From NCBI GenBank assembly GCA_963693095.2, contig OY843768.1, forward strand, positions 128,001 through 192,000: 64,000 bases of DNA. Direction: 5' to 3'. The position numbers and the translations under genes were made by a program. Positions within the stretch are counted from its first letter, which is position 1, and every line of letters starts with the position of its first letter. Positions 40,356 to 50,058 of the stretch are shown here, one piece after another. Below the pieces are notes generated by a model. The model did no database searches. It had not been told where the DNA came from and saw only the letters and a list, made by a program, of their open reading frames with translations. This stretch comes from Cenarchaeum sp. Its GTDB lineage: Archaea; Thermoproteota; Nitrososphaeria; Nitrososphaerales; Nitrosopumilaceae.

Positions 40356-41637
40356 AGACTTTGCATTCAAGTCGATTCGTGATCCGATTTATGGTTATAT
40401 TGGTGTGTCTGAAACTGAATATAATCTGATAAACACCAAAGTTTTTCGACGACTTCACCACATTAAGCAGCTGTCACATTCATACCTAGTGTATCCTTCA
40501 GCAACACATACGAGATATGAGCATTCACTAGGAACTATGCACATGGCCAGCAAGATGTATGACAGAGTTGAATTCGACAATTCGTACAAAAATAAAAATT
40601 ATGAAGAATACAAGGAGTTTGTTCGAATCGCTGCATTGCTCCATGATATTGGCCATGGTCCATTTTCACACACATATGAATCGGTTCTTTCACACATAAA
40701 TCCCGACATGTCCCAAATACATGAAGAGATCGGCATGGAGTTAATTAAAAATGATGGAGAGATCAATGATCACCTTGGGAAAACCAAACATGAGATCGCC
40801 CACATTCTGGAGGGGACAGGGCGCCCGAATCGAAAATACCCACTATTGTCATCAATCGTTTCAGGCAACCTTGACGCAGACAAGCTTGACTATTTCGCAC
40901 GAGATTCATATCACTTAGGTGTCAAATATGGGGTGGTAGACACTGATCGAATACTGCACGTCCTTCGAAAGGATCGCACCGGAAAGCATATTGGCGTCCA
41001 TCTGAAGGGTAATCACGTCCTAAACAGCTACCGAATGGCGAGATATCTGATCGCGACTCAAATCTACTCCCATCACACACGTCTTGCCGCTGACCAGATG
41101 TTTATTGCGGCCTCCAAGATCGCCTTTGATGACGAACACGTGCTTGACAGAGATGATTTCACATTTGGTTCAAAATCTTTTCTACAATGCCACACAAACC
41201 TTGATGATTCGTCATTTGTGCACATGATTATGTCACATGATAATGCCAACGTATCTAAGTTAATACTTGCTAACATTCAGCAGAGACGCCTGCTCAAACC
41301 TTGCCTCACATTGCCGTCGAAAACCCTCAAAGATGGCACGGTAAAAGACCAGATCCTTGACACTAAAACAATTCTTGATGATGCTTCTACGCAGATCAGA
41401 AAAAGCCTCCATCTTGCCCCACACGAGCTCATAGTCTACAAATCCGACATTCCCATAAAGCTGTTCAACAAGTCTGATATAATGATCCTTGATGATGAGG
41501 GAAAAGAACCCGATACTGCTCCAATATCCCCGATTCAGGCTGACTTGGGAATTCTCAACTATTACGTCTTTGGCATAGCCAAGAAACGTTCGCAAATTCG
41601 AGAAAAATTTGTTAAAATGGTGCCATTTTCCCAATGA
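40345..41637 (+). CDS. HD-domain dNTP triphosphohydrolase-like protein (SAMHD1/YwfO family)
   Basis: IRDPIYGYI, FRRL..IKQL...YPSATHTRYEHSLG, ALLHDIGHGPFSH, LDADKLDY..RDSY and IYSH motifs. Confidence 0.92.
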   Translation: MPTRDFAFKSIRDPIYGYIGVSETEYNLINTKVFRRLHHIKQLSHSYLVYPSATHTRYEHSLGTMHMASKMYDRVEFDNSYKNKNYEEYKEFVRIAALLHDIGHGPFSHTYESVLSHINPDMSQIHEEIGMELIKNDGEINDHLGKTKHEIAHILEGTGRPNRKYPLLSSIVSGNLDADKLDYFARDSYHLGVKYGVVDTDRILHVLRKDRTGKHIGVHLKGNHVLNSYRMARYLIATQIYSHHTRLAADQMFIAASKIAFDDEHVLDRDDFTFGSKSFLQCHTNLDDSSFVHMIMSHDNANVSKLILANIQQRRLLKPCLTLPSKTLKDGTVKDQILDTKTILDDASTQIRKSLHLAPHELIVYKSDIPIKLFNKSDIMILDDEGKEPDTAPISPIQADLGILNYYVFGIAKKRSQIREKFVKMVPFSQ

Positions 41638-41798
41638 TCAGGTACTTCAGACGTTGCATTTTGTGACCTTGTGACAACAGGAACATAAACTGGAGTATTC
41701 CTAGCTTCGCTTGCCATATCATTTTTCTACGTACGTCGCGCATACAGCCCTGCCTGTTGTTCGTGAGCTGCAAGTCAATAACTTGCTTGGTTCATACG

Positions 41799-43049
41799 TT
41801 AAATCTCGTCCTTGCCGACATACTTGCGCAGTGGGGCAGGCACCGATATGCCCGAGTCTGTCCGGCAGTTCTCGACGATTGCGACAAGAACGCGCGTCGT
41901 GGCAACGAGCGTCGAGTTTAGCGTGTGGACATATTGCGTGTCCTCGTTGGTCTTGTCCCTAAAGCGCATCTTTAGCCGGCGCGCCTGGTAGTCGAGGCAG
42001 TTGGAGCACGAGACTGCCTCGCGGTACGCGCCCTGGCCGGCCATCCACGCCTCGATATCGTACGTCTTGGCCGAGACCTTGCCCATGTCGCCGCTTGAGA
42101 GCAGGACAGTGCGGTGCGGCAGGCCGAGCTCGCGGTAAAACTCCTCGGCGACGCCGAGCATCCGCTCGTGCTCGGCCCACGACTCCTCTGGCCTCGCAAA
42201 CGCAAACTGCTCGACCTTGTCGAACTGGTGCACGCGAAATATTCCCTTTTGGTCGCGCCCGTGCGCGCCGGCCTCCTTCCTAAAGCACGCGCTCACGCCG
42301 GCGTACCTGATGGGCAGCGATGCGCCCTCGAGTATCTCATCACGGTGCATCGCCGCCATTGCGTGCTCAGACGTGCCGATCATGCACAGGTCCTGGCCCT
42401 CTATGGCGTATATCGAGTCCTCAAAGTCCTCGGCAATGACTGCGCCCTCCATCGAGTCGCGCTTTATCATGTACGGCGGCTGGATTGCAGTATAGCCGTG
42501 CGAGGACGCAAAGTCGATGGCAAAGGAGACTAGCGCGTGGTTTAGGAGGACCATGTCGCCCTTTAGATAGTAAAACCTGGCGCCAGACACCTTGGCGGCC
42601 CTCTCAATGTCAACGAGGCCCATCTTTTCCATTATCGCAGCATGGTCGCCCTCTGCGCGCCGTGGCTCGCCCCACGTTCGCACGACGACATTGGCCGAGT
42701 CGTCCGGCCCGTCAGGCACGGACTCGTGAACCATGTTGGGCAGCGTCCTTGCAAGGCCCGCATACTTTTCATGCGCCTGCCGCTGCGCGGCCTCTAGTGT
42801 CTCTAGCCTTTCTGAGACGCCGCGCATCTCCTCGATCGGCTTTGCCGCATCGCCACCGCGTTTTTTTTCTGCGGCGACGGCGCGCCCGAGCTCGTTGCGG
42901 CGACGGCGCAGCTCGTCGGCCTCTGATGTTGCCTTGCGCCATGCGCCATCGGCGGCAACTAGCGCATCAAGATCATACTCGACGCTGCGCCTCCTTAGCA
43001 TGTCTCGCACGTCATCGGGCCGTTCGCGCACGATCCTGGGGTCTATCAT
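41799..43049 (-). CDS. serS: Seryl-tRNA synthetase
   Basis: FRKEAG, GIFRVHQFDKVEQF, SCSNC.DYQARR and HTLNST motifs. Confidence 0.97.
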   Translation of the reverse strand: MIDPRIVRERPDDVRDMLRRRSVEYDLDALVAADGAWRKATSEADELRRRRNELGRAVAAEKKRGGDAAKPIEEMRGVSERLETLEAAQRQAHEKYAGLARTLPNMVHESVPDGPDDSANVVVRTWGEPRRAEGDHAAIMEKMGLVDIERAAKVSGARFYYLKGDMVLLNHALVSFAIDFASSHGYTAIQPPYMIKRDSMEGAVIAEDFEDSIYAIEGQDLCMIGTSEHAMAAMHRDEILEGASLPIRYAGVSACFRKEAGAHGRDQKGIFRVHQFDKVEQFAFARPEESWAEHERMLGVAEEFYRELGLPHRTVLLSSGDMGKVSAKTYDIEAWMAGQGAYREAVSCSNCLDYQARRLKMRFRDKTNEDTQYVHTLNSTLVATTRVLVAIVENCRTDSGISVPAPLRKYVGKDEI

Positions 43050-43288
43050 CCCTGCGTGGCCTCCAGCGCGGCCTGCGCGTGCGCGAGAACCTCGTCAACT
43101 GTCGCGACGAGGCTCGGGATCGCCCCGCCGCCGACACTAATGCGCACGTCACTGCCGTCAATTGACATCTCCATCTCCTGGCCCGGAGGAAAGGCGACAT
43201 TGTCTGGCGCAAGCGCGGCCATTACGGCCTCGGCGCCCTGCACCGACAGGTCAGTTATGCGAATCTGCACCCTGCACGCCGGAGACAT
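43046..43288 (-). CDS. pcc1: KEOPS complex Pcc1-like subunit
   Basis: ALAPDN...SL.ATVDEVL; size and position between the DHH gene and serS. Confidence 0.75.
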   Translation of the reverse strand: MSPACRVQIRITDLSVQGAEAVMAALAPDNVAFPPGQEMEMSIDGSDVRISVGGGAIPSLVATVDEVLAHAQAALEATQG

Positions 43289-44663
43289 TTTTCTCGATAT
43301 AGTCAAGGAACCCACCAAGGCTGCCCTTTGATATGCGCGCGCCGGCCGCTGCGGCGTGGCCCCCGCCCATGCCCTCAAAGCGCTCGGCCGCTTCCCTCAT
43401 CATCTCGCTCAGGTTGACATTGCCGCCATAGCCGCGCGCCTTGCGCGAGGAGACCTTTACGCGCCCGCCCTCGGCACCGGCCCGCAGGACGACTATCTTG
43501 CCGGCGCTAGTCGGCGCGCCGGCGATCACAGACGATATCGTTCCGGTCATCGACTCGGCCACGACGCCCTCGGCGTCGACCATGACGCACGAGGCGCTCT
43601 CTGATGTCCTCCAGCGCTCACTCGATATGCGCTCCATGCAGCCGCGTATCGTCTGGCGGTACTCGGAGAGGGCCTCTTCGGCCTCGGCGACCATCTTTGT
43701 GCGGTCCCCCATGCAGAGGGCCATGCCGGTTCCTGCCCTGCCTATGCGCCCGCACGAGTTGAGCACGGTGGCAAACTCGCGCGCGTCGCGCAGGAGGCCC
43801 TTTGCGCCCTCGCCTGAAAGCGTGTACGCGCTGCCGACGAGCTCGGCTCTGATCGCCTCGGCATCAGCGCCCTGCGCGTGGGCCGCAATGCCGTCAACGA
43901 GGCTGGACTTTTCGTCTTCAGAGAGCTCGGAGGCCACGCGCCACCGTCCACCGTCCCTGGCCTCGATGCCGGCTGCCCTGATGAGCTCGGCGCACGCGCC
44001 ATGGTTCCACGTCAGGCCCTCTATGAACGGCCTCGTCGTGAACGCAAGCGCGTCGGCTAGCGCGCGCGTCTCCCTGCCGGCAAGCAACAGGTCGGCGCGC
44101 ATCTCTAGCAGCTTTAGCTCCTCGGCCTTTGCCGCTATCTCGGCGTTGCGCCCGACGAGTGTGCGCCCCTTGCCCTGATCCTGCCTGTCACCTAGCGCGG
44201 CGACGACGGCGACTGGCGAGAGGTCAACATTGCGGCTGTCAAGGGCCACTGCGGCAAGGTATGCCATGCCGCCTGAGCATATCTCGTCACCGCCGTCGAT
44301 GCCGTACTTCCACGAGTTTATGACGCGCTCGTTGTCAAGCTCGGCGTCACGAACCTGGTGGTGATCCAGGATGATCCAGTTCTCGCCGACTGCGGCGTCA
44401 AGCTCGGAGGCCATTGCGCCGCCGACATCCATGACGATGTGAAGCGCATCAGGTGCGAGCTCCCTTGCGTGACTGGCGCCAAACTCCTTTACTGCCCTTG
44501 CGCCACACCGCGCACCTGCCCTTATTGCGGCCTTTGCCATTATGCCGCCGGCGGCGAGCCCGTCACAGTCCATGTGCGTCGTTATCGAGATTGGCTTGCC
44601 GTCCCTGGCGCACTCGGAGACCCTGGACGAAAAGAGTGACAGTGACTCGGCTAGGCTGGCCAT
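43251..44663 (-). CDS. RecJ-like DHH phosphoesterase
   Basis: H.DCDG, LDHH, GDRQD, LNSCGR and GGGH.AAAG motifs. Confidence 0.9.
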   Translation of the reverse strand: MASLAESLSLFSSRVSECARDGKPISITTHMDCDGLAAGGIMAKAAIRAGARCGARAVKEFGASHARELAPDALHIVMDVGGAMASELDAAVGENWIILDHHQVRDAELDNERVINSWKYGIDGGDEICSGGMAYLAAVALDSRNVDLSPVAVVAALGDRQDQGKGRTLVGRNAEIAAKAEELKLLEMRADLLLAGRETRALADALAFTTRPFIEGLTWNHGACAELIRAAGIEARDGGRWRVASELSEDEKSSLVDGIAAHAQGADAEAIRAELVGSAYTLSGEGAKGLLRDAREFATVLNSCGRIGRAGTGMALCMGDRTKMVAEAEEALSEYRQTIRGCMERISSERWRTSESASCVMVDAEGVVAESMTGTISSVIAGAPTSAGKIVVLRAGAEGGRVKVSSRKARGYGGNVNLSEMMREAAERFEGMGGGHAAAAGARISKGSLGGFLDYIEKNVSGVQGADSHN

Positions 44664-45106
44664 CACTCTAGCTGCGCAATGACGGACTTGTACTTCCACT
44701 TTTTTGGTATTCGCCCGATGCGCTTGTAGTATGTTGAGAGGCGGTGAACCTTTGCCTCTATGAGCTCCAGTGATCGCACGTTGCGCCTGTCGCCCTTGTG
44801 GATCTTTAGGTGCTTTTGGAGGCCGACTGCGGTCCTCACGATGCTTGCGAGATCCTCGGGCATCTCGGGCAGCATGTCATGGGCCGCGAGCGTCTCAGTC
44901 ACGGTCCGGCCGGTGACTGGCTTTGCGAGCGGAATTGCGTGCTGGTCTCGCAGCCTCACGCCGATCTGGCTGGCCGTCATGCCGTCCTTTGCGTACCTGA
45001 CTATGGCCTCCTCGACCTCCTCCTTGTTGGCGTACTCGGGAGCCACGGGATTGACGGGGCGAATCGAGTGGGCCTTGCCGTGGCGGTGCGAGTGTATGCG
45101 TCCCAT
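44663..45106 (-). CDS. rps15: 30S ribosomal protein S15
   Basis: MGRIHSHRHGK, IGVRLRDQH, PEDL and IEAKVHRL..YYK motifs. Confidence 0.97.
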   Translation of the reverse strand: MGRIHSHRHGKAHSIRPVNPVAPEYANKEEVEEAIVRYAKDGMTASQIGVRLRDQHAIPLAKPVTGRTVTETLAAHDMLPEMPEDLASIVRTAVGLQKHLKIHKGDRRNVRSLELIEAKVHRLSTYYKRIGRIPKKWKYKSVIAQLE

Positions 45107-45230
45107 GCAGGGGGGAGCGCGATATGGTTTGGAATTAAACGTTGCCTACCCTCCCTGTGGGCCCCTCACGCCTGCGTGCGTGCGTGTGAGCCAGGATAAG
45201 ATTAAATATAACATGGTGGGGCGTGCTGCC

Positions 45231-45560
45231 ATGAACAGGCACGTCATGGCGGGCGCCCTCGGCGCTATCGTGGCACTCGGATCGCTCGGTCTGGCCGTAG
45301 ACGCATTTGCCCAGTACATGGGTAACACTGGCGGCGGCGGCGAGACTGGCAAGTATACTCTCGAGGAGGCACTGGCACTACAGGCCGCACGCGTGAACTA
45401 TGCCCAGGACAATCCCGGTTCCGGCTCTGGCACGCCGTATCTGAGCGCTGACAGCGTTGTCGGCGCTTCGATAATCTCGGCTGCCGTATTTGGCGGAATC
45501 GCGGCGACCTTCTTCATTAGGGCACGTTCTGGCAAGTATGCTGCAATGGGCAGGGGCTAG
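45231..45560 (+). CDS. Conserved AOA membrane protein, candidate AMO subunit AmoZ
   Basis: Signal peptide (DAFAQ), GSGTPYL, C-terminal TM; located between rps15 and amoXA. Confidence 0.6.
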   Translation: MNRHVMAGALGAIVALGSLGLAVDAFAQYMGNTGGGGETGKYTLEEALALQAARVNYAQDNPGSGSGTPYLSADSVVGASIISAAVFGGIAATFFIRARSGKYAAMGRG

Positions 45561-45724
45561 ACTCCTACCCATATCTCCCCTATTTTAGACGACTCTGAGC
45601 CTTGGCTGCGTGCGCACCCCGCAGGCACGCCTGGGGCGATCCACGGGTTCAGGGCAGGCGCCTGCTGTCCCCACGCCTGAGGCCGGGGAAATCTATATAA
45701 TGTAGCCCCCTGCCCGCTCTGCCA

Positions 45725-45994
45725 ATGATACCGATAGTGGGTACGGTTCTGAGCGTCCTGTCGGCGCTTACGGGTCAGCTAGGCCCCAACTACGATCCCC
45801 TGTTCTATGACGTCATGGTCTACATCTTTGGCACCATCATGTTCACGGTCTTCCTCCTTGGAGTGATCGCGTACTGGTTGCGTGTCCACGGTTGGGCATA
45901 CAAGGACAACCGCGAAAGGTGGGTCGACGAGCTTGACAGGCACTTTGAAAAAGAGGGCATCGGCCTCATTCCAGACAACGGCAAGTACTGGTAA
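45725..45994 (+). CDS. Small membrane protein, candidate AMO subunit AmoY
   Basis: Single clear TM; own TATA box (CTATATAA) upstream; amo neighbourhood. Confidence 0.5.
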   Translation: MIPIVGTVLSVLSALTGQLGPNYDPLFYDVMVYIFGTIMFTVFLLGVIAYWLRVHGWAYKDNRERWVDELDRHFEKEGIGLIPDNGKYW

Positions 45995-46518
45995 GGCCAC
46001 CTCCTCTCTATTTTTGTCACTTGGCTGCGGATCGTGCGCACGCCGCCCTGCTGGCCTTTGAGCCCCGCGTCGTGGTGCCTGCCATTGCCTCTCGGCTGCG
46101 CCCTTGATCATGCGCTGCCGGACCGCTGCCTCACGGCATGGCGCACGGGCCACAATGCAATTGCGCCCAACTGCTGCAGGATCCCGGACGACTCGCGCAG
46201 ATGTGCGATGTATGGCCACAACGCCGGCGCATGATCCTGTGTGGCCGGATGTCGGCTGGTTCACGCCACGGGGTTGCGCATCGCGCAAAGACCATGCCGC
46301 CGTCACTGCCACTGCCGCCGTCACCGTCAGTCACTGCCACTGCCACCGGCGCGACATCATACAGTCAACGCTGATCAACACTGTCTAGCATAATGCGAGG
46401 CGTGTGTTGTCGTGTAACTGTAATGTTTTCTTTATTGTTTGCAAATGTCGGCAAGCATGATATGTTGCGCAACACGCAATGGTGCCTGATGATCAGGACA
46501 ATCATTGAACTGTTGCAT

Positions 46519-46700
46519 CATTGCACATTATGCATTATGCGTTACACATTATGCATTATGCGTTACACATTATGCGTTACACATTATGCGTTACACATTA
46601 TGCATTATGCGTTACACATTATGCATTATGCGTTACACATTATGCATTATGCGTTACACATTATGCGTTACACATTATGCGTTACACATTATACATTATG
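46519..46700. repeat. 26-unit heptamer array of CATTATG and CGTTACA
   Basis: Direct parse; 182 bp = 26 x 7. Confidence 0.95.
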
Positions 46701-46818
46701 CCAGTGTGCTATATGCACAATGGTTTCGTGTTCACTATTAACTTGTCAACCAATGCGCAACAACACTGCCAAATGCAATATGCCTGCAAACCATCTGCCG
46801 TATGTCGTTGACGAACTC

Positions 46819-47331
46819 TTACTGCCTGTCTGGGGGCATAAAGTCGTGCTCTTCGGATATGTCATACGCCTTTGACCTAAACTCGGCGACATATGTCCTT
46901 CCATCCTCTATTGGAGTTGCGATAAACCTTGATGACTCTACACCGTCAACTAGAATCCTCGAGTCAGACTCGAGCATGTCGCGCAGCGGAAACTCCCACA
47001 CCCACAAAAAGTGCCCAATCTCAAACGGGTACGCCTCCTCCCATGACCCATAGATTGTCCCGTCGGCTGTGAGCGTATAGAGCGACCTCTGGCAGCCGCC
47101 CTCCTCAAACCCAATGTTGGCGGGAATCTCGGCGCGCTGGCCGTCGACATACAGCTCGAGGGATGCGCTAACGGTGTATGGCGTCACCCTCTCGTTTATG
47201 CAGATCTTGAGCGGGTCATTGGCGGAGATCTGCGAGAGGACGAGGCTGCTTCCGACGCCGACAGATATGCCGATGCCTGCGGTGATCACTAGGAATATGA
47301 GCGTCTTGCGCCGCTTTGTGGGATCGCCCAT
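46819..47331 (-). CDS. Hypothetical membrane-anchored protein
   Basis: N-terminal TM, then C..IPANIG...C...LYT...DGTI; start at MGDPT. Confidence 0.75.
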   Translation of the reverse strand: MGDPTKRRKTLIFLVITAGIGISVGVGSSLVLSQISANDPLKICINERVTPYTVSASLELYVDGQRAEIPANIGFEEGGCQRSLYTLTADGTIYGSWEEAYPFEIGHFLWVWEFPLRDMLESDSRILVDGVESSRFIATPIEDGRTYVAEFRSKAYDISEEHDFMPPDRQ

Positions 47332-47691
47332 TCCCGGCCAGAACATGGCATCCGCGGCGCATGGCGTTTTACTTAAATCTGCTTGCCGGGCGCCTGCGAT
47401 GCCCTGCATGAAACGTGGTGGAGTGGGCAGGAATGCCCGCCTGGGGCAGATCCGGACCCCCTGGTGGCTCCCCTGCCTGCCCCGTGGGCTCGCAGCCACG
47501 CCTGGATCGCCGTGCTGAGCCACACCCAGTGTGGGGCCTTTCGTGGCCATGATCGCACGGCTCGTGCCTGCCACGATCGGCCATCCTGCGGCACGCCGAC
47601 CCAAAAATGGCCCTAATGGCCAATTCGTGCCTACGTATTTGTGCAGAATCGCGAAAGGGTTAAAAGGCTCTGATATTCGCGGGGGACGCAG

Positions 47692-48054
47692 ATGACTCTT
47701 CCAAAAGGGTTCGGCTCCGCCGGCGGCGGGGGTGCTGGTGCGGCAGATGTAGAGAAGATGATCGGCAGGCGTGTGGAAAACATGACTGGCATCATCACGA
47801 TCTCCTACATTGCAGCCTGGCTCGCCACGTTCGCCGGCACTGCCGCGGGGTACTTTTACTACCCGTGGGCATATCCGACACCTAGCGGCCACTATGCACT
47901 CATAGTGTTGACGATAGTAGAAGCCATCGGTTACCTCTTCTCCGTGAAGGTGTGTGAAGAGGGCTCCTCGAAGAACAGCAATGGCATCATTGGTGTCACG
48001 CTTGCGGCCACTGCGGTCGGAACGCTGCTCATATCGCTCTACGTCGGAAACTAG
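47692..48054 (+). CDS. amoX: Ammonia monooxygenase subunit X
   Basis: LPKGFG.GGG...MIGRRVENM...YYPWAYPTPSGHY; directly upstream of amoA. Confidence 0.9.
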   Translation: MTLPKGFGSAGGGGAGAADVEKMIGRRVENMTGIITISYIAAWLATFAGTAAGYFYYPWAYPTPSGHYALIVLTIVEAIGYLFSVKVCEEGSSKNSNGIIGVTLAATAVGTLLISLYVGN

Positions 48055-48156
48055 GCGGGTATCCTGCCTACTATTTTTGCCATGTCACAGCGTTAGCTGC
48101 GATCATGGCCTGTCGGCGTGTCCTGCGATCAGGGCAGATCGGCGCGCCTGCGCCTA

Positions 48157-48168
48157 AAATTATATATA
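48157..48168 (+). promoter_or_regulatory. TATA box of amoA
   Basis: AAATTATATATA about 25 bp upstream of the ATG, consistent with a leaderless transcript. Confidence 0.7.
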
Positions 48169-48191
48169 CTAGCCTTCTGGCGAGGGGGGCA

Positions 48192-48842
48192 ATGGTCTGG
48201 CTAAGACGCTGTACGCACTACCTCTTCATCGTGGTAGTTGCCGTCAACTCCACACTGCTGACAATCAACGCAGGAGACTATATCTTCTACACTGATTGGG
48301 CGTGGACGTCGTTCGTGGTATTCTCAATATCGCAGACGCTCATGCTCGTCGTCGGTGCGGCGTACTACCTGACATTCACTGGAGTGCCGGGAACTGCGAC
48401 GTACTATGCGCTGATAATGACAGTCTACACGTGGATAGCAAAGGGCGCATGGTTTGCCCTCGGCTACCCGTATGACTTCATCGTCACGCCGGTATGGCTC
48501 CCATCTGCAATGCTGATGGACCTTGCATACTGGGCGACAAAGAAGAACAAGCACTCGCTGATTCTGTTTGGTGGTGTGTTGGCCGGCATGTCGTTGCCAC
48601 TGTTCAACATGGTGAACCTGATAACGGTGGCCGACCCGCTGGAGACCGCGTTCAAGTACCCGCGACCCACACTTCCCCCCTACATGACACCAATAGAACC
48701 GCAGGTGGGCAAGTTCTACAATAGCCCAGTCGCACTGGGCGCTGGAGCCGGGGCCGTGCTGTCCGTGACTATGGCCGCGTTGGGCTGCAAGCTCAACACG
48801 TGGACATATCGCTGGATGGCCGCCTGGTCGAAATGGGACTGA
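48192..48842 (+). CDS. amoA: Ammonia monooxygenase subunit A (archaeal)
   Basis: 216 aa, MVWLRRCTHYLF...AGDYIFYTDWAWTS...WMAAWSKWD. Confidence 0.99.
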   Translation: MVWLRRCTHYLFIVVVAVNSTLLTINAGDYIFYTDWAWTSFVVFSISQTLMLVVGAAYYLTFTGVPGTATYYALIMTVYTWIAKGAWFALGYPYDFIVTPVWLPSAMLMDLAYWATKKNKHSLILFGGVLAGMSLPLFNMVNLITVADPLETAFKYPRPTLPPYMTPIEPQVGKFYNSPVALGAGAGAVLSVTMAALGCKLNTWTYRWMAAWSKWD

Positions 48843-48852
48843 TACGCACCAT

Positions 48853-48875
48853 ACCTCCTTTTTCATTTTGATTTC
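48853..48875 (+). terminator. T-rich archaeal terminator after amoA
   Basis: CCTCCTTTTTCATTTTGATTT immediately after the stop. Confidence 0.5.
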
Positions 48876-48967
48876 CTAGCGTGCCCTGCGCACGTGCTCA
48901 ACAAATACTGCGCGCATGGTGATCTTTTGTTGCCCTGTTATACCTTCAAAACGCGCCGAACCATTCT

Positions 48968-49822
48968 GTGTTGGCACAGCAGCACGCGTGTGAGGCAGCC
49001 GGACCCTTCGTAAAGTGGGCAGGCGGAAAGAGGCAGCTCCTCGCCGAGCTGCGCGCCCGCGCGCCGAACAAGTTTGGCGTGTACCACGAGCCGTTCGTCG
49101 GTGGCGGCGCGCTTGCCTTTGAGATACTCTCGTCGCGTCCCGGCTCGCACTGCTCGCTCTCTGACCTCAACTCTGATCTTGTCCTCGCATACGTCACCGT
49201 GCGCGATCGCGTCGATGACCTTGTCCGCTCACTCCGGCGCCACGCCGACGCATATGCGCAGGATCCAAAGGCGTACTATTACGCGACGCGCGCGGCGACT
49301 CCGCGCACACAGGTCGAAAAGGCATCGCGCCTCCTGTTCCTCAACCGCACGTGCTTTAACGGCCTGTACAGGGTCAACTCTAGCGGCAAGTTCAACGTCC
49401 CGATGGGCGGATACGACAACCCCAACATCATCAACGAGGATGCGCTGCGCGCGGCAAGCCGCACCCTCTCCTCAGGCAACGTCTCGATCCAGTGCGCCGA
49501 CTTTGGGGCTGTCCTGCGCACGGCAGAGCGCGGCGATTTTGTCTACTTTGACCCGCCATACCAGCCGGTGAGCCGCACGGCCGCATTTACGGGCTACACC
49601 AGCGCGTGCTTTGGGGAGCGTGACCTAGAGCGCCTCGCCGGCGCATGCGAGGAGCTTGCGGGCCGCGGATGCCACGTGCTCGTCTCCAACTCGGACACAG
49701 GCGAGGTCCGGTCCGTGTTTGGCCGCGGGTGGAGCGTTGATGAGATCGGCGCGTACCGCCGGATCAACTCGGATGGCGCGCGAAGGTCGGGCCACACGGA
49801 GCTGATGATCAGGAACTATTGA
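48968..49822 (+). CDS. Orphan Dam-family (D12) DNA adenine methyltransferase
   Basis: KWAGGK, EPFVGGGA, LNRTCFNGLYRVN..G.FNVP and DPPY motifs. Confidence 0.93.
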   Translation: MLAQQHACEAAGPFVKWAGGKRQLLAELRARAPNKFGVYHEPFVGGGALAFEILSSRPGSHCSLSDLNSDLVLAYVTVRDRVDDLVRSLRRHADAYAQDPKAYYYATRAATPRTQVEKASRLLFLNRTCFNGLYRVNSSGKFNVPMGGYDNPNIINEDALRAASRTLSSGNVSIQCADFGAVLRTAERGDFVYFDPPYQPVSRTAAFTGYTSACFGERDLERLAGACEELAGRGCHVLVSNSDTGEVRSVFGRGWSVDEIGAYRRINSDGARRSGHTELMIRNY

Positions 49823-49824
49823 AG

Positions 49825-49898
49825 AGCTCCGAGTGGGATCCGAACCCACGACCTTTACCTTACCAAGGTAACGCTCTACCAGGCTGAGCTATCGGAGC
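49825..49898 (-). tRNA. tRNA-Thr(GGT)
   Basis: GCTCCGA/TCGGAGC stem, TTACC-TTGGTAA-GGTAA anticodon arm, GTTCGGATC T-loop. Confidence 0.95.
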
Positions 49899-50058
49899 GC
49901 TCGAGCCCGCGCACGCTGCAATCCTTATAATCCTTGGTCAACCCCGCCAAGGCCAACGCCGACTGGGCTCTCGCGCCATGTCGTGTGGGCAGGCCGGCCC
50001 ACGGCGGCCCAATGCTCCTAAAGTTTAATATATCTACAGCCGAGCGCGTGCGCTGGAA

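Noticed and set aside
46519-46700. Possible CRISPR array
   Set aside because: There are no unique spacers and no cas genes in the window.
46393-46875. His/Cys/Tyr-rich ORFs in all three + frames (HYALHIM, YTLCIMR repeats)
   Set aside because: They are by-products of the stop-free heptamer array; there is no independent coding evidence.
48968-49898. Dam-like methylase as an island integrated at tRNA-Thr
   Set aside because: Host-like GC and codon usage, with no att duplication or integrase; more likely a resident orphan MTase.
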